A stretch of 64,000 nucleotides of DNA from Vulcanimicrobiota bacterium (GTDB taxonomy: Bacteria > Vulcanimicrobiota > Vulcanimicrobiia > Vulcanimicrobiales > Vulcanimicrobiaceae): positions 1 to 64,000 of the forward strand of contig CAVZQC010000005.1 of NCBI GenBank assembly GCA_963777315.1. The letters run 5' to 3'. Positions 29,720 through 38,388 of the stretch are shown piece by piece (within the stretch, counting starts at the first letter, position 1; each line of letters opens with the position of its first letter). The position numbers and the translations under genes were made by a program. The notes under the pieces were generated by a model that saw only the letters and a program-made list of their open reading frames with translations, ran no database searches and had not been told where the DNA came from.

Positions 29720-30023
29720 AACACGCGGTGCCGAGCGTCTTGTGCTCGGTTTCGGACTGACCCGGGCCGGCCGTATAATTTATCCATATAGGCCGGTCCC
29801 ATAGAAGACGGCGACGTTGCGAGATTTCTCGGTGAGGGCCAACCGGTGAGGCTATGAGGTGAGCGGCGGCCGCGCATGCCTTTGCCGGTTACCGCCCTGG
29901 CCAGCCTTCATCCAAACCCAACGCGGACAGCGAACGCCAATCGTCCGGCGGAGGAGCACTTTGACGCGATCGTCAATTCGCCGGCTGAACATTGACATCA
30001 GACGGAGTGCAAAGAGGGATAGC

Positions 30024-30536
30024 ATGCGATTGAGAACGTTCCTGACGGCAGTCGGCTTCATCGGCTGCGCAACGGCCTTTCTCTGCACGGCTTGCCCCGC
30101 TGCGCAGACGCCGATCGTACGACGGCAAAGGCTGATGACATTTCGCACGCTGCCGAACGTACCGAGCTGTATTTCGGCCGGCCTCGATCGGGGCAATCCG
30201 ATGAAAGGCCCTTCGGTAATCTTTGCCAAGTTGAGTCCGGGCTGCATCGTACCATGGCACTGGCATCCTTTTAATGAAACGTTGATGACGGTGGCGGGCA
30301 CCATTGAGAATCAGGTAAAGGGCGGAGCGGCGTATACTGCTCGTAGCGGCGACTATCTCTTCTTGCCCGCACGCCATCCGCATCGCGCAACGTGTTTGGG
30401 CCCAAATGCGTGTTCGATCTTTCTCATCTCCGAAGGGAACAGCAACGCGCACTGGATCGATCCGGCCGGCCGCGAGATTACGCTCAAGGCCGCGCTACAA
30501 GCCGCAATGCCGGCTTCTACCGCAAATCCAAAGTAG
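30024..30536 (+). CDS. Secreted cupin-domain protein
   Basis: PWHWHPFNE and GDYLFLPARHPH; GAGGG RBS. Confidence 0.8.
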   Translation: MRLRTFLTAVGFIGCATAFLCTACPAAQTPIVRRQRLMTFRTLPNVPSCISAGLDRGNPMKGPSVIFAKLSPGCIVPWHWHPFNETLMTVAGTIENQVKGGAAYTARSGDYLFLPARHPHRATCLGPNACSIFLISEGNSNAHWIDPAGREITLKAALQAAMPASTANPK

Positions 30537-30586
30537 TCATTGCAGGCAGATCCGCGGCAATCCGTATAAAGCCGAGTTTGCGGTGG

Positions 30587-30674
30587 GGAGAGATGGCAGA
30601 GCGGTTGAATGCGGCGGTCTTGAAAACCGCTGAACGCGATGAGCGTTCCGTGGGTTCGAATCCCACTCTCTCCT
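30587..30674 (+). tRNA. tRNA-Ser (anticodon UGA), CCA not encoded
   Basis: Acceptor GGAGAGA/TCTCTCC; anticodon arm GCGGT-CTTGAAA-ACCGC; long variable arm; T-loop GGTTCGAATCC. Confidence 0.97.
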
Positions 30675-30691
30675 GATCTTTAGAAACACAA

Positions 30692-31912
30692 GTGAATGCG
30701 TACCAGGCGCTTTCGGCTTCCACGTCGCTGCGCTTTCTTTGCCTGGGCCGCATGTTGCGCAGCTTCAATCAATCCTATCTCGGCGTCATAACGCCGCTGT
30801 ATCTGCTCGGCCGGGGCGCGAGCGCTGCGGAAGTCGGCGTACTCGTTACGGTGTGGGCGAGCGGCAGCGCGATTCTGGCGTTGGCCGCGGGTTTCATCGG
30901 CGACCGGTTCGGCAGAAAGAAGGTTCTGGCGGTCTTTAGCGCCTTCAGCGCAGCCGCAGCGCTCGCTTTCTCTTTCGATATGCCGTTCTGGGTGCTGGGT
31001 TTGGCGGGTGCGCTCGGAACCATCGGTCGCGGCGGCGGCCCTGCGTCGGGCGGCGGTTTGGGGCCGTTTTACTCAGCCGAACAAGCGCTCTTGGCCGAGC
31101 ACGTCGATCAGCGGTTGCGCACGCGGGTCTTTGCGGCATTTTCGATGATCGGGGCGCTGGGCGGCGCATTCGGTTTTCTGCTGACGTTCGTGCATCAGTA
31201 CCGTCTCGTCTTTTTCATCGCAAGCGCAATCTCGGTACTGCTTCTGTTCTCCGTCGTGCCGATTCACGAAACCGCGGCACATTCGCAAGCCGCGCCGCGC
31301 GGGGGCCGACCGGCGCCTGCGCTTTCCAAGCGCACGCGCGCGCTCGTGCTGCGTTTCATGGTCACGAACGCAACCAACGGCCTTGCGGTGGGATTCCTCG
31401 GCCCGATGCTCGTGCTGTGGTTTCATCTGCGCTATAACGCACGGGCCGACCAGATCGGCGTAATCTATATGACGATCGGCTTGTGTTCCATCGCATCGTA
31501 CTCACTGGTGGGCCGTGCGGTCGACGCCATCGGTGGTGCAGTGCGCACCGTCGTGAGCCTGCGAGTCGTATCGTGCGGCCTGCTCGCGGTGCTGCCGCTC
31601 ATGCCGTCGCTGTGGTTCGCGGGCGCAGTGTTTCTGCTTCGCGTGTTGGTGAACAGCCTGACGGTGCCCGTGCGGCAATCGTACGTCATGGGAATCGTAT
31701 CCCCGCAGGAGCGGGCGCGCGTCGCAAGCATTTCGAACGTGCCCTCGCAATTCGCAGCCATGGTCGGTCCATCGGTTGCCGGCATCATGCTGCATTCGAT
31801 TTGGATCGGTGCCATGCTGGAAGCAGCGGCAACTCTGCAGTTGCTCAACGCGTCGCTGTACTGGACGTTCTTTCGACGAACGAAGCCGCCCGAAGAGCGA
31901 CCGGTGCGCTAA
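30692..31912 (+). CDS. MFS transporter
   Basis: Motif A GFIGDRFGRKK; about 12 TM segments. Confidence 0.88.
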   Translation: MNAYQALSASTSLRFLCLGRMLRSFNQSYLGVITPLYLLGRGASAAEVGVLVTVWASGSAILALAAGFIGDRFGRKKVLAVFSAFSAAAALAFSFDMPFWVLGLAGALGTIGRGGGPASGGGLGPFYSAEQALLAEHVDQRLRTRVFAAFSMIGALGGAFGFLLTFVHQYRLVFFIASAISVLLLFSVVPIHETAAHSQAAPRGGRPAPALSKRTRALVLRFMVTNATNGLAVGFLGPMLVLWFHLRYNARADQIGVIYMTIGLCSIASYSLVGRAVDAIGGAVRTVVSLRVVSCGLLAVLPLMPSLWFAGAVFLLRVLVNSLTVPVRQSYVMGIVSPQERARVASISNVPSQFAAMVGPSVAGIMLHSIWIGAMLEAAATLQLLNASLYWTFFRRTKPPEERPVR

Positions 31913-32002
31913 CCTTCCGTGGCCTCGCTCGCATTGAACTCGAGCACTGTGCGATGCGTTATACCTGCAGCAATCATTCCAATCGAAAAGGAGTCGATAC
32001 AA

Positions 32003-32788
32003 GTGCGAAATGTGTATGCCTGCTGCGCTGCGGCGGCGTTCCTCGCCATGGCCGCGCCCGCCGGCGCTCAAACGACGCCGCGCGTGATCAGCGGTACCAT
32101 TACGGCCGTTAACGGACATCTGGTTACCATACAGCGCAGCGACGGCACGATCGTCGTCAACGATCAGCCCGCGCTGGATCAGCAGATGACCGGAAACGTT
32201 GCCGTCGGACGCCAAGTCGTCGCGCGGGGCCACTGGCAGAATGGAACCTTCTACGCGACCAGCTTTGCCGATGCGAACGTGTACGGTTATGCCGGCTTCA
32301 ACGGTCCGGGCGCCGGCCTTGCCGGTCGCCTGCGCGGGGCGGTTCGAGGAACGGTCACGGCGGTGGACGGGCACCTGGTAACGGTGCGCGGGACGGACAA
32401 CTCTATCGTCATCAACGACCAGCCGGCGCTCAGCCGCAAAATGACCGGCAACGTGGCCGTCGGCCGCGACATCGTTGCGTCGGGCTACTGGCGCGGCGGA
32501 ACGTTCTATGCCACGACGATTTCCGACGCAGCCTCGGCGGACGTGCAAACCATGCCGAATTTCGGCGCGTTTGCGCGAAGGCCCGACAGTTTGAGCGGAA
32601 CGATCAGCTCGGTGAGCGGCAATCAAGTGACATTGCAGCAGTCGACTCGTTCCATCGTCGTGAACGATCAGCCGGCGCTCAACGCGCGCAGCACCGGCAA
32701 CGTTGCCGTAGGACGCCAAGTCGTCGCCGACGGCTACTGGCTGCACGGCATTTTTTACGCAACCAGTTTCGCGGACGCGACGCCGTAG
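32003..32788 (+). CDS. Secreted protein with three tandem ~60-aa OB-fold-like (DUF5666-like) domains
   Basis: Three copies of GT(I/V)..V.G..VT....IV(V/I)NDQPAL....TGNVAVGR..VA.G.W..G.FYAT; GTG start after AAGGAG. Confidence 0.75.
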   Translation: MRNVYACCAAAAFLAMAAPAGAQTTPRVISGTITAVNGHLVTIQRSDGTIVVNDQPALDQQMTGNVAVGRQVVARGHWQNGTFYATSFADANVYGYAGFNGPGAGLAGRLRGAVRGTVTAVDGHLVTVRGTDNSIVINDQPALSRKMTGNVAVGRDIVASGYWRGGTFYATTISDAASADVQTMPNFGAFARRPDSLSGTISSVSGNQVTLQQSTRSIVVNDQPALNARSTGNVAVGRQVVADGYWLHGIFYATSFADATP

Positions 32789-32799
32789 CGTCCAGCATG

Positions 32800-32862
32800 T
32801 AGTGTCCTCCAGTCAGAAGCCCGCTGACTTTCTTGCCATCAACTTCTGACTGGAGGACACTA
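32800..32862. repeat. Perfect 20-bp inverted repeat, MITE-like
   Basis: TAGTGTCCTCCAGTCAGAAG-N23-CTTCTGACTGGAGGACACTA. Confidence 0.8.
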
Positions 32863-32875
32863 GAACGGCGCAACA

Positions 32876-32907
32876 AAGGCCGTCCCGGTGAAAGTCCGGG
32901 CGGCCTT
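32876..32907. terminator. GC-rich hairpin, possible terminator
   Basis: AAGGCCGTCCCGG-TGAAAGT-CCGGGCGGCCTT; weak U-tract. Confidence 0.4.
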
Positions 32908-32933
32908 GCCGTAATAAAAGGAGCCGCTGCGCG

Positions 32934-34466
32934 ATGGCGCAGAAGCGAGACGAGCGCTCCGCCGCACTGCGGAGATCCGGGAGGTTCAACATCTACACGA
33001 GGCGCGCTACATACAGCTCGCTGCTTCCTATACTGCTCGTTTTGGCCGTGCTCGGCGCGTTCAGCGTCGGCGCTGGACTCTACCTGCACGGGCAAATAGC
33101 AGCCTCACTCCAGGCGTCGGAGCAGATTCGGCAGGCCCGTGCCGATGCGTTCGCCGTCATTCGCGGGCAGCTCGATGAAGAAACCGGTTTGCGCGGGTAT
33201 GCCGCCACCGGTGACTCCGTATTTTTGGAGCCATACCGCTTTGCGCGTGCCGTGTTACCCCGCGATCTGGCGCACCTTCGCGCGCAGGTCTCCAACTTGG
33301 ACATTTCGCGTGCGGCGCAGCTCGTAGACGAGACGGGCAGTCTGAACCGGGAGTGGCTCGCGACGGTCGCCGATCCTATTTTACGCAACCGCGCAACGGG
33401 CGCCACCCTGCAGCTTCGCGGGAAGTCGCTCGTGGATCGGTTCCGCGCGGCAATGAACGGCATCGATGCACTGTTGGATCGGCGGGAGCGCAGCGCTGCG
33501 GCCCACATTCAAAATGCCATAACCCGCATCGTGCTGCTGCTCTTGGGCGTTATTCTCGTGCTGCTGATCGGGACGATGCTGTTCGCACTCTTTCAAGCGC
33601 GCCTATCGAGCGCCTTGGAGCGCGAGCGCAACCGCAGCGAACTGCAACGCGAAGAAGCCGCGGCGCTGCGGGCTGCCTATCAAACCGAAAAGCATATCGC
33701 AGATACGCTGCAGGAAGCGTTCGTGCAGCGTCCTTTGCCCGCGCATCCTTCGTTGCATTTCAGCGCGATGTACACGCCGGCGGCCGAAGAGAGCAAAGTG
33801 GGCGGCGATTGGTACGATGCGCTGGAAATTTCGAACAACCACGTTTTGTTCGCAATCGGCGACGTGGCCGGACACGGCATCGGGGCTGCGGTCGGCATGA
33901 ACAGAGCTCGGCAGGCCATGATGTCCTCCGCGTTGGCCCAAGCCGATCCGGCGTCGATACTGGCGCGCGTAAATGCCGAGCTGCTGCAGCAGGACTCGCC
34001 TATGGTGACGGCTCTCGTCGGATTTGCCGATCCGCACGCGTGTGAGTTCTCGTACGCGACTGCCGGACATCCGCCGCCCGTGCTGCTCGAGCCCGGTCGA
34101 CCGCCAAGACTGCTCCATTATGGCGGACTTCCCCTCGGCGTCTTTGCCGATGCTCAATATTCCACGCAGCATGTGCAAAGCGTCCCCGGAGCGACTCTGG
34201 TGCTATATACCGACGGTGCGGTGGAACACTCTCACAACGTCATCGAAGGCGAGCAGTTGCTGCTGCGCGCGGTAAGCCAAGCCGGCTTCGGCCAACAGGC
34301 CGACCCGGCGGCGGCAATACATCATGCTATTTTTGCGCAGCGCAGCGCTGGCGACGACGTTGCAATCCTGACTGTGGGCTTTGCGGGGACGCCGCTGACG
34401 CAGGTTCGCGTGTCGGCGGATCGAGCCGACACCGGGCTGGCCGCACGCATCGCGACGTCGCGGTAG
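32934..34466 (+). CDS. CHASE3 sensor + SpoIIE/PP2C phosphatase
   Basis: LDEETGLRGYAATGD..FLEPY; VGGDWYD, GDVAGHG, AGHPPP, LYTDG, DDVAIL. Confidence 0.9.
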   Translation: MAQKRDERSAALRRSGRFNIYTRRATYSSLLPILLVLAVLGAFSVGAGLYLHGQIAASLQASEQIRQARADAFAVIRGQLDEETGLRGYAATGDSVFLEPYRFARAVLPRDLAHLRAQVSNLDISRAAQLVDETGSLNREWLATVADPILRNRATGATLQLRGKSLVDRFRAAMNGIDALLDRRERSAAAHIQNAITRIVLLLLGVILVLLIGTMLFALFQARLSSALERERNRSELQREEAAALRAAYQTEKHIADTLQEAFVQRPLPAHPSLHFSAMYTPAAEESKVGGDWYDALEISNNHVLFAIGDVAGHGIGAAVGMNRARQAMMSSALAQADPASILARVNAELLQQDSPMVTALVGFADPHACEFSYATAGHPPPVLLEPGRPPRLLHYGGLPLGVFADAQYSTQHVQSVPGATLVLYTDGAVEHSHNVIEGEQLLLRAVSQAGFGQQADPAAAIHHAIFAQRSAGDDVAILTVGFAGTPLTQVRVSADRADTGLAARIATSR

Positions 34467-34514
34467 CGTTCGCAGCGCGAAGGATTTTCTACAACGCTTC
34501 CCGCCATAATAGGC

Positions 34515-37500
34515 ATGAATCGTTGCGTAACCGTTCTTCTTAGTGCCATTGCGGCGGCGCTTGCGTTGTCCGCGTTCGCGGGCGCAGCTGCCGCGCCGCC
34601 GTCCGTGCCGCAAACGCTCGGCAAGCTGCATTGGCGCAACATCGGTCCGTTCATCGGCGGCCGAGTCGTCGCCGTCGCCGGCGTGCCCAGCGATCCGGAT
34701 CTGTTTTACATGGGCGGCGTGGAAGGCGGCATTTGGAAGAGCACCGATTACGGCCAGCGCTGGACGAACATCAGCGACGGAAAGATTCCGGGCATTGCGG
34801 ACAGCATCGGCGCGCTGGCCGTTGCACCGTCCAACCCTCGCGTGATTTATGCCGGAACCGGTGAAGCCGACATCCGCAGCGACTTCGATACCGGCGACGG
34901 AATCTACAGGACGACGGATGCGGGCAAGACGTGGCAGTATGCCGGTTTGCGCGACACGCACATGACGTCGTCGCTGGCGATCGATCCGCGCGATTCGAAC
35001 GTGGTGTATGCAGACTCGATGGGGCACGTATTCAAACCAAACGCGCAGCGCGGCGTGTTCAAAACGACGGACGGCGGCAAGACTTGGCGCAAAGTGCTGT
35101 ACGTCGACGAGGATACGGGCGCGAACGTCGTCGTGATGGACCCGCACGATTCCAGAGTGCTGTACGCGGCCATGTGGCAAGCGCAGCGCACGCCCTGGGC
35201 CTTGACGAGCGGCGGCCCCGGAAGCGCCTTATATAAAACGGTCGACGCCGGCGCGCACTGGACGAAGATTTCAACGCATCCGGGGTTCGCGCATGCGCTC
35301 CTCGGCAAAATCGGCGTGGCCGTTTCCGCGGCGGATCCGCTCGTGGTCTACGCGATAGTGCAAGCACATGACGGAGGGGTGTTCCGCTCGGCAGACGGCG
35401 GCGCCACCTGGAAGCGGGTGAACAGCCAGTGGAACCTGCGCCAGCGCGCCTTTTACTACATGGCAATCTATGCCGATCCTACCAACGTGAACGTGGCCTA
35501 CGTGCCGCAAGTCGACGGAGTGTTCAAAACGATCGACGGCGGAAAAACCTGGCGTCCGATCATGCGGCCTGGGGATCACCACATCATTTGGATCAATCCG
35601 CGCAATACCAAACTGCTGCTCGAAGGCGACGACGGCGGCGCAACGGTGTCCGTGGACGGCGGAAAAACGTGGAGCACGGAAAACAATCAGCCGACGGGGC
35701 AATTCTACCACATCGCGCTCGATAACCGATTCCCGTTCCACGTTTACGGAGCCCAACAAGACGAAGGCGCATACGAAGGTCCCAGCGCGTCCAACGAAGG
35801 TTTGAACCTGGGCGCATGGCATACGGTAGCTTCGGGTGAAAGCACGTTCGTGGCGCCGCAGCCCGGAAGCCCGAACGTCACCTACGGCAGCGGCTACTAC
35901 AGCTTTATGGCGCGCATGGACACGCCCACCGGCGAAGTAAAGAACGTCACACCGTGGCCCAAGTACATGTCGGGCGCATCGGCGGCAGAAACACAATATC
36001 GCTTCGGCTGGACGCACCCCATTCTTTTTTCGCCGGTGAATCCGCACGAGCTGCTCGTCGCCTCGCAGATCGTGTTCAAGAGCGACGATTACGGACAGAC
36101 GTGGCAGCAGATCAGCCCCGATCTCACCCGAAACGACAAGCGAACCGAAGCCCCCAGCGGAGGTCCGATCGATCTCGATCAGAGCAACGCCGAAACGTTT
36201 CCCGACATTGCTTCGCTTGCGGTTTCTCCTCTGACCGGTGCGGTGATGTGGGCGGGTTCGGCCGACGGGTTGGTACACGTCACGACCGACGGCGGCGCGA
36301 GCTGGCATCTCGTCACGCCGCCACAACTCCCGCAGTGGGCGCAGATCAGCAGCATCGAACCCTCGCATATCGATCGCGGCACGGCATACCTGAGCGCCTC
36401 GCGCTACATGTGGGACGACTTTCATCCGTACGTCTTTAAGACGACCGATTACGGCGCGCACTGGACGCCCATCACGCAGGGATTGCCCGCCGATCAGTAC
36501 GTTTTCGTCGTGCGGCAGGATCCGCGCGATCCGCGCTTATTCTTTGCAGGCACGCGCAGCACGGTGTACGTCAGCTTCGACGGCGCAGGCGGCTGGCAGC
36601 CGCTAACGCTCAACTTGCCGGGCGTTCAGGTTCGCGACATTGCCGTTGATGCACGCCAAGGCGACGTAGCAGTTGCCACGCACGGGCGCTCGTTTTGGAT
36701 CCTGGATAATCTTAAACTGCTCGAGCAGATCGCCGACGGAGCCGCCCCGAGCAGCCCGATGCTTTTCGCACCCGAAACGGCATGGCTCTCGCACGCATAT
36801 GGCGAGTCGCCGTACGCTCCGACCGACGTTGGTGAAAATCCGCAATACGGCGCGAGCGTGTTTTTCGACGTACCGTCCGACTACGACGGGAGGCAGCCCG
36901 CCGCGCTGACGTTCCTGGATGCGCAGGGCAGAACAGTACGCAGCTTTTCCCTTCATTTGCGGCCCAAGCACGAGAAAAAACCCTCAGCCGAAGAACTTGC
37001 CGGCATGGATCACGCGCAGCAGATCGCGCGTGAGCTGAGCGAAGCGACCGCCATCGAGCCGGGCATGAACCTGTTTCTCTGGGACATGCGGTATCCGCCG
37101 GCAACCGAAGTGCGCGGCTTTCACATGCCGACGTCGGACGACATCGACGATGGAGTGAGCGGACCGACCGTGGTGCCCGGCACGTACACGGTGGCGCTGG
37201 AATACGGCGGCAAGAAGATGCAGCAGCGGTTCAGCGTCGAGCTCGATCCGCGATTGCACCCGGGACCGGAAGCTCTTGCCGCCCGTTTGTCGCTGGCCAT
37301 GCGCATTCACGGCACGCTGGACGATTTGAATCGCGCGATCGATGCTGCGATCGCCCGGCGGGATCGTCTTTCGCCGGCTAAGCGCGAGCAGCTCGACGGC
37401 GTGCTGGCTCAGGTCGTGCAGTTGAAGATTCGTTCCAGCGAGGGCGACCTGATGCACGAAACCAAGCTGCGCGACTATTTAGCATTCCTGATGAACGAAC

Positions 37501-37607
37501 TCGACATGGCATATCAGGCTCCGACGGCGGCGGAGTACGCTACGTACACGCAGCTTCAGGCGCAGACGAATGCGGCATTGACTCATTTGAACGCGGCGAT
37601 GCGTTAG
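34515..37607 (+). CDS. Secreted BNR/Asp-box (VPS10-like) beta-propeller protein, putative glycosyl hydrolase
   Basis: WRNIGPFIGGRV; many (S/T)xDxGxTW repeats. Confidence 0.88.
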   Translation: MNRCVTVLLSAIAAALALSAFAGAAAAPPSVPQTLGKLHWRNIGPFIGGRVVAVAGVPSDPDLFYMGGVEGGIWKSTDYGQRWTNISDGKIPGIADSIGALAVAPSNPRVIYAGTGEADIRSDFDTGDGIYRTTDAGKTWQYAGLRDTHMTSSLAIDPRDSNVVYADSMGHVFKPNAQRGVFKTTDGGKTWRKVLYVDEDTGANVVVMDPHDSRVLYAAMWQAQRTPWALTSGGPGSALYKTVDAGAHWTKISTHPGFAHALLGKIGVAVSAADPLVVYAIVQAHDGGVFRSADGGATWKRVNSQWNLRQRAFYYMAIYADPTNVNVAYVPQVDGVFKTIDGGKTWRPIMRPGDHHIIWINPRNTKLLLEGDDGGATVSVDGGKTWSTENNQPTGQFYHIALDNRFPFHVYGAQQDEGAYEGPSASNEGLNLGAWHTVASGESTFVAPQPGSPNVTYGSGYYSFMARMDTPTGEVKNVTPWPKYMSGASAAETQYRFGWTHPILFSPVNPHELLVASQIVFKSDDYGQTWQQISPDLTRNDKRTEAPSGGPIDLDQSNAETFPDIASLAVSPLTGAVMWAGSADGLVHVTTDGGASWHLVTPPQLPQWAQISSIEPSHIDRGTAYLSASRYMWDDFHPYVFKTTDYGAHWTPITQGLPADQYVFVVRQDPRDPRLFFAGTRSTVYVSFDGAGGWQPLTLNLPGVQVRDIAVDARQGDVAVATHGRSFWILDNLKLLEQIADGAAPSSPMLFAPETAWLSHAYGESPYAPTDVGENPQYGASVFFDVPSDYDGRQPAALTFLDAQGRTVRSFSLHLRPKHEKKPSAEELAGMDHAQQIARELSEATAIEPGMNLFLWDMRYPPATEVRGFHMPTSDDIDDGVSGPTVVPGTYTVALEYGGKKMQQRFSVELDPRLHPGPEALAARLSLAMRIHGTLDDLNRAIDAAIARRDRLSPAKREQLDGVLAQVVQLKIRSSEGDLMHETKLRDYLAFLMNELDMAYQAPTAAEYATYTQLQAQTNAALTHLNAAMR

Positions 37608-37610
37608 CCT

Positions 37611-37654
37611 CGCCATCCTGAAGCAGTGAACCAACTCGATGCCTCAGGATGACG
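37611..37654. repeat. REP-like hairpin between convergent genes
   Basis: CGCCATCCTGA...TCAGGATGACG (10/11 match). Confidence 0.5.
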
Positions 37655-37681
37655 CCGTTGCTTTTTGGACCAGCGTAGCGA

Positions 37682-38287
37682 CTAGATCATCTGCGTCGCG
37701 TAGAAGACCCCATTCTGAACGTATCCGTATGCCGTCACGTTACGGCCGACGTAAACGCGTCCGGAACTCTGATTGTCGAGCGCCGGTTGATCGTCGATCG
37801 TTATGGTGCGCGAATACCCCTGCCGGATGCTGACCTGGCTGCCGTTCACGCCGACTATCGTGCCGCTGATCCGCGCGTTGCCGCCGCTATTGTAGCCGCC
37901 GTTGTTGTAGCTCCCGTTGTTGTAGCTGCCGTTGTTGTAGCCGCCGTTGTTGTAGCCGCCGTTGTTGTAGCCGCCGTTGTTGTAGCCGCCATTGTTGTAG
38001 CCGCCGTTGTTGTAGCCGCCGTTGTTGTAGCCGCGGTAGCGTCCGTTGTCGTCGCGGTCGTTGTCGTTGCGATTGCGCCGGTCGTCCGCCCAGCGGTGGT
38101 CGTTGTCACGCTGGCCGCGGCCGTTGTCCGTGCCTTGGTGAGACCAGCCGTTGTGATTGCCCCTGTCGGACTGCTGGTGCTGTTGCGGGGGCCGATGCGA
38201 ATCATTGTCGGCCAGCGCCGGGATCGTGCTGATAAGCATGCCCGCGCCAAGTGTTGCTGCGGCGAGCGCAGCTCGAACGTTCATCAT
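37682..38287 (-). CDS. Secreted protein with (YNNGG)n low-complexity tract and one OB-fold-like domain
   Basis: Signal peptide (PALA); C-terminal ISGTIVGVNG..IDDQPALD..VGRNVTAYG..GVFYAT is homologous to the repeats in 32003-32788. Confidence 0.8.
   Translation of the reverse strand: MMNVRAALAAATLGAGMLISTIPALADNDSHRPPQQHQQSDRGNHNGWSHQGTDNGRGQRDNDHRWADDRRNRNDNDRDDNGRYRGYNNGGYNNGGYNNGGYNNGGYNNGGYNNGGYNNGSYNNGSYNNGGYNSGGNARISGTIVGVNGSQVSIRQGYSRTITIDDQPALDNQSSGRVYVGRNVTAYGYVQNGVFYATQMI
37880..38029 (-). repeat. 10 x 15-nt coding tandem repeat (YNNGG/YNNGS/YNSGG)
   Basis: Forward consensus GCCGCCGTTGTTGTA. Confidence 0.97.
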
Positions 38288-38388
38288 GATAGTGTACCTG
38301 CTTTGAGTTACCGTAGTCCGCGTATGCCGCGTGTCCTCAAAACGGAACGCCGGTTCCAAGCGTTGCTCGGCAAATTCCCAGGTATGGG

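Noticed and set aside
30674..30674. U discriminator base in tRNA-Ser as a sign of altered identity
   Set aside because: Bacterial SerRS relies mainly on the long variable arm, which is normal here.
30024..32862. Integrative element at tRNA-Ser
   Set aside because: No integrase and no duplicated tRNA 3' end was seen.
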